Origin: an uncultured virus (IMG/VR IMGVR_UViG_3300031841_004478)
Taxonomy: Duplodnaviria > Heunggongvirae > Uroviricota > Caudoviricetes
Strand: one strand, 5' to 3'
Virus record (IMG/VR): IMGVR_UViG_3300031841_004478
DNA: 64,000 bases
In this document: in pieces, positions 56,672 to 64,000 of the stretch
How positions within the stretch are numbered: position 1 is the stretch's first letter
Layout of the letters: each line of letters starts with the position of its first letter
Translations under genes and position numbers: made by a program
Notes under the pieces: generated by a model
Told to the model about the DNA's origin: nothing
The model's database searches: none
Seen by the model: only the letters and a program-made list of their open reading frames with translations

Positions 56672-57919
56672 TTAATACTCATCAAATAGAAGATTAACTT
56701 GAAGTTCATTTATAATTCCCACTGGACTTGAAATTTCAACCCAAACATAATTGTTAGCTGGAATAGTTGAAGAAGAAACTGTTAAAGTATCACCTGAGGT
56801 ACTACTCGTAATAGTTCCAGTAGATGCTACTGTTCCAGTTCCAGATCTACTTGGAGCATAAACGACAGATATATTAACTGATGTACCACCTCGAATAACT
56901 CCTCGAACTTCAGTTAATTCAAAAGATCTATCGGCATAAAATAATGTCTGTTCATCACCTGAACCTGGGCTTAAAAACACTAATGATCTTGGAGAAATAG
57001 TTCCACGAGATCCTGTATAACCAGCAGATCCAGAATATCCTTGACCACCATCACTAATAGTGGGATCTGCAAATAATACCCAATGACCATAACCAGAAAC
57101 GATAAAATACATATATGATTTGCCAGTTTTAGTGTCATACCAAATTTGACCACCAGCTGGATTTGCAGGAGCATTTTCAGAATATCCAATTGCTCCAGCT
57201 GATCCCGTATATCCACGTCCTTGTGGAGATGCATCAACCCATTGTCTACTTGCGGATCCATCTTGTGGAAGTACATTAATAGTACCAACCATAGGAGCAT
57301 GAACACCACAAATATAATAGTAGGTTCCAGCTGAATTGAATTGATACGAAGTCGTACTTGTACCACCACCATAAGTAGATGGAGGATTTTCTACGTTGTA
57401 TGATGAGTTATAATCATTCGTAATGGGATCAAGTTGAGTTACAAAGAAAAGTGGGTGATTATTAAATTCGCCATTAGTTATAGTAACTGTATCACCAGCA
57501 ACAATATTAATAGTTGGATTTAAAGATGCTGGATCACCATTAGTATAATTTTTCATTCCATTACGATCAGACCAACCGGTATTGAATGAAAATACACTAT
57601 TAGTTGTATATGTGCTATTTACAGTCATTGAAACTGTAATATTACCAGCTGCGGCTGGATCTCCATCATCATAATAAACTTTTAAGCGACCATTTACTGC
57701 ATCCCACCAAAGATTACCATCTCTTAAGGAATTACCAGATGGAGCAACTGAATCTGTCTCTGCACCACCACCTGAAATATTAGCAATAGTATTACTTGTA
57801 TTTTTATAATACAAAACACCATCAGCGTAGTTTAACGCCAATTCGCCGTAATCTAGATCAGCTGGTAATGGTTCCTTCCCCGTGACCGAGGAACGTTTAA
57901 GTTTAATCTCTGTTGCCAT
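56672..57919 (-). CDS. tail fibre-type protein with cupredoxin-like domain
   Basis: IKLKRSS..GK.P...L.YGELALNY.DG.LYYK N-terminus; HPLF...CGVHAPM; short GYTGS motifs. Confidence 0.75.
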   Translation of the reverse strand: MATEIKLKRSSVTGKEPLPADLDYGELALNYADGVLYYKNTSNTIANISGGGAETDSVAPSGNSLRDGNLWWDAVNGRLKVYYDDGDPAAAGNITVSMTVNSTYTTNSVFSFNTGWSDRNGMKNYTNGDPASLNPTINIVAGDTVTITNGEFNNHPLFFVTQLDPITNDYNSSYNVENPPSTYGGGTSTTSYQFNSAGTYYYICGVHAPMVGTINVLPQDGSASRQWVDASPQGRGYTGSAGAIGYSENAPANPAGGQIWYDTKTGKSYMYFIVSGYGHWVLFADPTISDGGQGYSGSAGYTGSRGTISPRSLVFLSPGSGDEQTLFYADRSFELTEVRGVIRGGTSVNISVVYAPSRSGTGTVASTGTITSSTSGDTLTVSSSTIPANNYVWVEISSPVGIINELQVNLLFDEY

Positions 57920-57975
57920 CTCGTAATCCTAATAAGGTAAGCTTTAATGAGTAAAAACTCAGCTCCACTTTCTTC

Positions 57976-57983
57976 TATTTATA
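57976..57983 (-). promoter_or_regulatory. T4 late promoter TATAAATA
   Basis: Exact consensus in intergenic gap. Confidence 0.8.
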
Positions 57984-57987
57984 CAAG

Positions 57988-60900
57988 TTAATATGTTCCG
58001 CCATCAATTATAGCCTCAATATTTCCATCAACTTTAATACCACTTGATGTTCCAAGTATTCTTGCACCAGCACCGCTATTTGTAATTGCAAGATTACCCA
58101 TATATGGGTGGTTCAAACATTGATATCCAAATGAACGAGGTCCATCATCTTTTACTTTAATTTGTGCATATGAATTTCCAACATCAATATTACCAGCAGT
58201 GCCAACATATTTAATATCTGCTGCACTATCAGAAAGTAATCCAGATTTTTGATTATCCCAATAGAATCGAATATCGTGTGTTGACATTGAAGAATCATTA
58301 TGATGGAATCTATATGTTACACCTGGAAGTAAATCAAGGAGCGGAGCTTGAATTTCTTTATCAGTATAAAGATGATCTGAATCATATGCGATGTAATAAC
58401 CTTTTGCAGATCCTTGTTTCCAATATCTATGTTGACCAGTTTTAAATCCAGTTCTTACATAAATGTTAATTAATCCTTGATTATTTGAGTCTTGAGTAAT
58501 ACCAGCAGTGAGGTTTTGAGAATCTCTATTTTCATATGTTCTTTGAACTATATTATTCTTAATTCTATAATCACCGTTAGAATCATCAGTGACACTAATT
58601 AGATTTGTCTGTAATGAATCTGAAGTAAGACCACTTTCTACAACAACCGAGCCACTTAATCTTGAAATAGTAGCAGAATCAGCTAAGATTTCTCCAAGAG
58701 AACCTTGGAATCCATTTCCACCTCTTATTTCAACCCCAGTACTAGTTGTTAATAATCTCTTTTTATCATTATGCCATAGATTTACAATAGAAACCTCAGA
58801 AGTACCACCGGCAGTTATTACTCGCTCTAAGGCATCAGTAGTTTGAGCATATACGGCAAAATCCTGTCCATTGTCATTAAGAGTAATTCTAAATCCACCT
58901 TGATCATTTTCAAGATTAAAATTATTTCCATCATGATAGAAATATGCGTTGCTATCGGCACCAAAATAAACTTTTTGGTTATCGCCCCAACCATTAATAA
59001 TAGCTGGATATGATCCACCGTCTGCGGTACTAATGGTAGCAGTTGAAGTAGCAGAATCCCATGCAAATGCTGTTACACCAGCAACCGAAGTTGTTCCAAT
59101 ACTATCTACAAAACCAGATGAATCTAGTGTAATTATTGGAACTTCTGAAGCTGAACCCCATATTCCATTATAACTTGTAGCACCTGATCTTGTAATTGTA
59201 GTAAAGTTTGCTGTACTACCAGATATATTTGTGATAACAGCCGAATCAGCAGTAAGCGTATCAATATCAACTAATGTTAAGTTAATATTATCTGCGTATA
59301 GACTATCGATATGTGCTTGACTTACATTTAATTGGCCGATATAAGCAGAATCAATATTTGCATTTGCTGATGTAAAGGTATCAATATCACCAGTTGTGAC
59401 ATTTAATTGCCCAACATAAGCAGAATCAAGTGAAGCATTAGCCGATGTAAGGGTATCAATATCACCAGTTGCAACATTAAGTTGACCAATATATGCGCTA
59501 TCTAATACAGCATCAGCTGAAGTCAATGTGTCTATATCAGCAGTTGTTACGTTCAATTGATCTACATAAAGTGAATCAGCATCAGCTTGACTTACGTTTA
59601 ATTGTCCGATATAAGCAGAATCGAGTATAGCATTTGCCGATGTTAATGTGTCAATATCTCCTGTTGGTACATTTAATTGAGTAATAAATGCAGAGTCAGA
59701 AGTAAATTGACTAATATCACCAGTAGCAACATTTAAATTATTTGTAGCAATCGAATCGAGAATATCACTATCAACACGCGATTTTAAATAGTATTGATTA
59801 GTTGAACCTTCAAGTAATTGATCTGTAGTATGATTTGAAATATCAGTTACTGTACCAGTGACATTACCTGTAAGATCAGCATTTACTGTATCTGCGTATA
59901 ATGTTCCAACTTGAAGCGGAGCATATTCTAATGAAGGATCAGCGAAATTAATATTTGCTTGTGGATCTGGTAAATATTGTTGGAAAAGTTTCCATCTGAA
60001 ATCCGATGGATCTCTTATGAATCCAGAATAAGCATGCGAATCTGCTGGTGGATTATAGTTACCAACAATACCAATTTGAACATCGATTGGTGAAGCTTCA
60101 CCTGACCAACTATCTCCAAGATCGTGACCAGTTTCTGCTGTAAATGCAATTTTAATTCCATTTGCAAGATTTGCAACCAAATCTCCTGATGAAAGTACAA
60201 AGCTTGTTGAACCTAATGCTGAATCAAATGGTTCTAATGATCCATATTGACTATCATAAGACCATTCAATCTTATCACCTTCTCCACCAGATCCTACGCT
60301 ATCAATGCGAACGTGGAATTCGACAACACCGTCACCAGTATAGTGTCCTGTAAGTGATGCATCATTAGTTCCAGTTCCACCAAAATTGGTAGCGGCAAGG
60401 CCAATAGTATCACCTGCACCCATTTCAATAACGGTGTCAGATACCGCTAAACTTTGAACCGAAGTTTGAACTTGAGAACCAATAACTGTAAGGTTACCAC
60501 CGATTGTAAAGTTAGCATCAACTCTACCAGAACCTGTTACACGAATTTGTTCGAAGAATTCTCTAAATGGTTTAATTTGAATACAACCACCAACTGCTGG
60601 TCCACCTTGAGAATCTTGTACAAGAACTGTACCAATTTCATATGCAAAGTTAGGATATTCAGGAGCAGTAGAAGTAAATTTACCAGCGCTATCAGCCGAT
60701 ACAAATAATTTTGTACCAGGAGCATAAGCTGAAGTATCTAATCTTCCAAGTAAACCACGCTGTAATACAAGACCAAAAGTGTTATTATTAATACTATCTT
60801 TTAGAACACCAATTGTTTCATCAATAGTATTGATATCATTTGCTTGTGCTTTTTCAATTGTTGGGAAATCATTTGTTGCACCAGTTACATAAACTGGTGT

Positions 60901-63516
60901 TCCTTTTGGAATCATAGCACCAGAGTTATTATAAACTCTTACGACATCATCTTGACCAATTTTAATTGGAGAAGCAGTAGCTGGTTTATATACGAGGGCA
61001 TCAGGTCCAGAGTTATAGTATACTGTACCTTCATCACTTGCAGGTTTAGTATTATCATCCCAAAGAATTGGATCAAATCTTATAAAGTCTGCTGATACTG
61101 AATCAGCATTTAAAATATCTACACTTAAGTTTTCAATTCTTGCAGAATCAACAGTAGCAGCATCAATGTGAGCGTTTGAAACATCTAATTGTGTAGCATG
61201 TGCCGAATCAATAGTAACTTGACCTAATGTAACATTATCAATATCTGCTGTGACAACATTTAATTGATCAACATATAAGCTATCGGCATCAGCTTGACTT
61301 ACATTCAATTGACCAATATAAGCGCTATCTAATATAGCATCAGCTGATGTAAGAGTATCAATATCTGCTGTAGCTACATTCAATTGAGTAGCATAAGCAC
61401 TATCAATATCTAATTGAGAAATATGTGCTGAGTCAATATCACCTTGACTAACATTTAATTGATCAACATATAAGCTATCCATATCAGCATTAGATAGATT
61501 CAATTGACCAACATTAATGCTATCTACAGTTAATTGACTAATAAACGCAGAGTCAGCAGTTAAATGTTTAAGAGTTAAATCTCCAGGTAAACCACTTGCA
61601 GTTTTAATAGAAAGCGAACCTGCACTATCTTGTAGTTTTACTTGGCCAAGATGAATAGTATTGCCAGAAAGATGTAGATCTTTCCATTTATTAGTAGAAG
61701 TACCAAGATCATATGTCGAATCTGCCCAAGGTATAAGATCACCTTCAACATATGTTTCACTTCCAAGATGAATATACATTGTACTTGAAGCTTTTAATAC
61801 ACTATTTGTAGCTTCAATATAATTTGTACCATCACCTGTGTTGTGATAGATTTTTAAATCTTCACCTGCACCAAAATTTAATTTAATGTCGTCTTGAATT
61901 AATACATTGCTGTTGAAGCTATCAATAACAGTATTAAATACTTGACCATCACCTGTACTAATTCTATAAGTATTTGTACTTGAGATCCAACGTGTGCTAT
62001 CTACTGAAGCAACTAAAACTTCTCCAATACTATCGATACGTCCATAGCTATCAACTGAAAATACTGGCATTTGTGTTGGTGAACCATATGTGCCAGCTGT
62101 TGAATCATTAATTGCTGTAAGATCAAAGAAGTTACTATCTGGATACCAATGTAAGTTATAATTGCTATTCATAGCAGCATCTAAGTCAGAGTCAAAGTTA
62201 TCCTTTGAATAAACTTGGTCAACGTCAATTGAGAATTGACCTGATGCAGAATCATATAACAAGTCTCCATCAGTGCTAAAATAACCTCTAATAGTAGCAA
62301 TAGATATATCATCCCCAAGTGCACTATCGAATCTTGTTCTTCTATAATATAAATTTGGTTCTGGTACACCTGGTCGTTGTGTAACAGTAAGAACACCATA
62401 CATGTCTGTATGATTAGCACATTGATAATAATATGTACCAGGAACTGTTGGTGTCCAAGTTACTGTAGCAGTACCTTGTCCTGTAACTCCAGACGCTTGA
62501 TCTCCAGTACCATCTCCTTGCACAGTTTTAATGTACATTGGATGATCACCAGATACAGTATTATTAAATGTAATTGTATCATCTGTTCTTATTGTAAGAG
62601 CAGGATCTCCGCTATTAATTGAACCTGTTCTATCTGAACCTGAAACTTGATAGAAGAAATTGTTTATTGCTGAAAGAGTAAGTGTATAACTTTCAGTCGC
62701 AGGTTGAGGATCACCAGGACCTTCAACAAGATCATCAGTCGTAAATGGATTTAAATTGATATCTGTTTGAAATAATCCACCATCACTTGTATTAATGCTA
62801 AATGTACCAGAACCAAGTGAAGAATCATAACTAATTGAATCGAGTGAAGCAACAGCTACGTCTGAAATTGCTGTAATTTGACCACGCGAATTTGTTGTAA
62901 GAACTGGAATACGAATAGAAGAACCAAATGTTCCAGAATCTGCACCTGTAGAATCAAGATCAGTTGTGATTGTAAGAACTTGACCAATTTTTACACCGCG
63001 TGTGGACAGGCCTCGTCCACCAGCCAATGTAATAGTTTCACCATCATATATTTGAACAGAGTCAGTAAATCCATCATCCATTGTAAAGGTAACTTCTTTT
63101 ACCTTATCAACTTCTTGGTCTACATAGAATTTTGTTGTAAGAGAACTATCATCAAAAACAGTAAGCTGTCTTTGGTTAAATCTATCAGCTTCAACTCGGC
63201 CATCAAAGAAAGTACCGTTAATAGCATTAATATACAATTCATTTAATTTAGCTGGATCATTAAAATCTACAGTAATTGCATTACTATCGAAAGTAAGATA
63301 ATCTACATTTAATTTACGAAGTACATTTAAATTGCGATATTCTGATGCAGCTGAGTCATATACTAAAAGATCATTGTGTTGACCTTCACCGATGTTTTGA
63401 CCTGTGCCAGCATCACCTGATATATTAACACCACTTAGATTGTTAAGACTAAATGAACCAGATGTGACTCTTCGTATTGGTGTACCAACAACGACTCTTC
63501 TTACAAAAGTTGCCAT
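57988..63516 (-). CDS. long tail-fibre-like virion protein with repeats and two cupredoxin-like domains
   Basis: 1842 aa; three GT.GS....P....DS.G.I/V repeats, DSAYIGQLNV repeats, C-terminal IDGGTY. Confidence 0.8.
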   Translation of the reverse strand: MATFVRRVVVGTPIRRVTSGSFSLNNLSGVNISGDAGTGQNIGEGQHNDLLVYDSAASEYRNLNVLRKLNVDYLTFDSNAITVDFNDPAKLNELYINAINGTFFDGRVEADRFNQRQLTVFDDSSLTTKFYVDQEVDKVKEVTFTMDDGFTDSVQIYDGETITLAGGRGLSTRGVKIGQVLTITTDLDSTGADSGTFGSSIRIPVLTTNSRGQITAISDVAVASLDSISYDSSLGSGTFSINTSDGGLFQTDINLNPFTTDDLVEGPGDPQPATESYTLTLSAINNFFYQVSGSDRTGSINSGDPALTIRTDDTITFNNTVSGDHPMYIKTVQGDGTGDQASGVTGQGTATVTWTPTVPGTYYYQCANHTDMYGVLTVTQRPGVPEPNLYYRRTRFDSALGDDISIATIRGYFSTDGDLLYDSASGQFSIDVDQVYSKDNFDSDLDAAMNSNYNLHWYPDSNFFDLTAINDSTAGTYGSPTQMPVFSVDSYGRIDSIGEVLVASVDSTRWISSTNTYRISTGDGQVFNTVIDSFNSNVLIQDDIKLNFGAGEDLKIYHNTGDGTNYIEATNSVLKASSTMYIHLGSETYVEGDLIPWADSTYDLGTSTNKWKDLHLSGNTIHLGQVKLQDSAGSLSIKTASGLPGDLTLKHLTADSAFISQLTVDSINVGQLNLSNADMDSLYVDQLNVSQGDIDSAHISQLDIDSAYATQLNVATADIDTLTSADAILDSAYIGQLNVSQADADSLYVDQLNVVTADIDNVTLGQVTIDSAHATQLDVSNAHIDAATVDSARIENLSVDILNADSVSADFIRFDPILWDDNTKPASDEGTVYYNSGPDALVYKPATASPIKIGQDDVVRVYNNSGAMIPKGTPVYVTGATNDFPTIEKAQANDINTIDETIGVLKDSINNNTFGLVLQRGLLGRLDTSAYAPGTKLFVSADSAGKFTSTAPEYPNFAYEIGTVLVQDSQGGPAVGGCIQIKPFREFFEQIRVTGSGRVDANFTIGGNLTVIGSQVQTSVQSLAVSDTVIEMGAGDTIGLAATNFGGTGTNDASLTGHYTGDGVVEFHVRIDSVGSGGEGDKIEWSYDSQYGSLEPFDSALGSTSFVLSSGDLVANLANGIKIAFTAETGHDLGDSWSGEASPIDVQIGIVGNYNPPADSHAYSGFIRDPSDFRWKLFQQYLPDPQANINFADPSLEYAPLQVGTLYADTVNADLTGNVTGTVTDISNHTTDQLLEGSTNQYYLKSRVDSDILDSIATNNLNVATGDISQFTSDSAFITQLNVPTGDIDTLTSANAILDSAYIGQLNVSQADADSLYVDQLNVTTADIDTLTSADAVLDSAYIGQLNVATGDIDTLTSANASLDSAYVGQLNVTTGDIDTFTSANANIDSAYIGQLNVSQAHIDSLYADNINLTLVDIDTLTADSAVITNISGSTANFTTITRSGATSYNGIWGSASEVPIITLDSSGFVDSIGTTSVAGVTAFAWDSATSTATISTADGGSYPAIINGWGDNQKVYFGADSNAYFYHDGNNFNLENDQGGFRITLNDNGQDFAVYAQTTDALERVITAGGTSEVSIVNLWHNDKKRLLTTSTGVEIRGGNGFQGSLGEILADSATISRLSGSVVVESGLTSDSLQTNLISVTDDSNGDYRIKNNIVQRTYENRDSQNLTAGITQDSNNQGLINIYVRTGFKTGQHRYWKQGSAKGYYIAYDSDHLYTDKEIQAPLLDLLPGVTYRFHHNDSSMSTHDIRFYWDNQKSGLLSDSAADIKYVGTAGNIDVGNSYAQIKVKDDGPRSFGYQCLNHPYMGNLAITNSGAGARILGTSSGIKVDGNIEAIIDGGTY
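59240..59750 (-). repeat. coding repeat block (DSAYIGQLNV / DIDTLTS units), copy 2
   Basis: Degenerate 10/15/25-aa periodic repeats visible in DNA and protein. Confidence 0.8.
61100..61570 (-). repeat. coding repeat block (DSAYIGQLNV / DIDTLTS units), copy 1
   Basis: Near-identical units to 59240..59750, e.g. DSAYIGQLNVSQADADSLYVDQLNV. Confidence 0.8.
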
Positions 63517-63881
63517 TATACGCCTCCTCCACCAGTACCAGTAACTTGTGGAGTTACTTGAATTCTACCTTCAAGAAGTCTTTCAATAATTGTATCGCCA
63601 TTACTATCTTGGAAACTCAATTTCACATCATATACATATCTTCCTTTTTCTAGATTTGATGTTTGAGCATTAGTTAAAGATATTACAGCAACACCATCTG
63701 TTGATGGATTTGCAACAACGGAGTTAAATGATATTAAATTTGTGGTTGAATAATTTCTCTTTAATTCTGCTGAAACTTGATAGTTTGAAAGGTCTTTTGT
63801 ATTACCATTCTCATCTACACAGTATATTTCAATGGCCACGTCTGTGCCTTGATCGATTGTAAATTCTTCGTATTGGGCCAT
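63516..63881 (-). CDS. small virion protein (BppU N-terminal/Ig-like)
   Basis: IDQG.D, DLS.Y, ISLT..QT..L..GRYVYDV, RLLEG.I.VTP. Confidence 0.75.
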   Translation of the reverse strand: MAQYEEFTIDQGTDVAIEIYCVDENGNTKDLSNYQVSAELKRNYSTTNLISFNSVVANPSTDGVAVISLTNAQTSNLEKGRYVYDVKLSFQDSNGDTIIERLLEGRIQVTPQVTGTGGGGV

Positions 63882-63930
63882 GAAATCCTCGTTTCTTTGT
63901 CGGTATTGCTACCCTGCCGCTATTTAGTAT

Positions 63931-63938
63931 TATTTATA
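63931..63938 (-). promoter_or_regulatory. T4 late promoter TATAAATA (second copy at 63975..63982)
   Basis: Exact consensus upstream of the structural operon. Confidence 0.75.
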
Positions 63939-64000
63939 AAAAAAATGATTTATATATAACATTATGAAACGAGTTATTTATAGTATTTTTATTCAAATCC

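Noticed and set aside
59240..61570. Paired repeats as a diversity-generating retroelement TR/VR
   Set aside because: Both copies are in-frame coding, differences look synonymous rather than adenine-specific, and no reverse transcriptase is in the window
46..63246. Numerous plus-strand ORFs of 60-180 aa in the track
   Set aside because: All lie antisense to well-supported minus-strand genes and lack recognisable motifs; they are shadow ORFs
1..64000. tRNA genes or stop-codon reassignment
   Set aside because: Intergenic gaps are short, I saw no cloverleaf or T-loop signature, and core genes translate full length in the standard code

Overview
A 64-kb, AT-rich segment of a T4-like myovirus, almost entirely coded on the minus strand. 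The host is probably a marine alphaproteobacterium (inferred from DUF1127, IbpA/Hsp20 with a ROSE-like leader and KdsA/KdsB). Reading in transcription order (right to left): (i) tail-fibre and virion accessory proteins with cupredoxin-like, collagen-like, Gly-rich and Asp-Ser repeat regions, followed by a Cys/His-rich peptide and a four-domain glycosyl/methyltransferase; (ii) the T4 core morphogenesis block (gp13-14-15-16-17-18-19-20-67-21-22-23-3); (iii) uvsY, uvsW, gp55, gp47, gp46, gp45, gp44, gp62 and regA; (iv) a small stress operon (hsp20, DUF1127) and an M15 endolysin; (v) gp43, a MazG-like protein and a prim-pol; (vi) an accessory nucleotide/sugar cluster. The best candidate for an undescribed system is in (vi): a clear T4 gp42 dCMP hydroxymethylase is co-transcribed with dCMP deaminase, two aGPT-Pplase/amino-acid:DNA-transferase-like genes, an SGNH protein and a PLP enzyme. 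These are thymidine-hypermodification-type enzymes linked to a cytosine hydroxymethylase, and a DenB-like nuclease lies nearby. A second candidate is a virion glycosylation/metal-binding module (GT fusion, Asp-Ser-rich structural proteins, type-1-copper motifs including a circularly permuted one, and a metallothionein-like peptide). All family assignments are from motif recognition only; no database searches were run.
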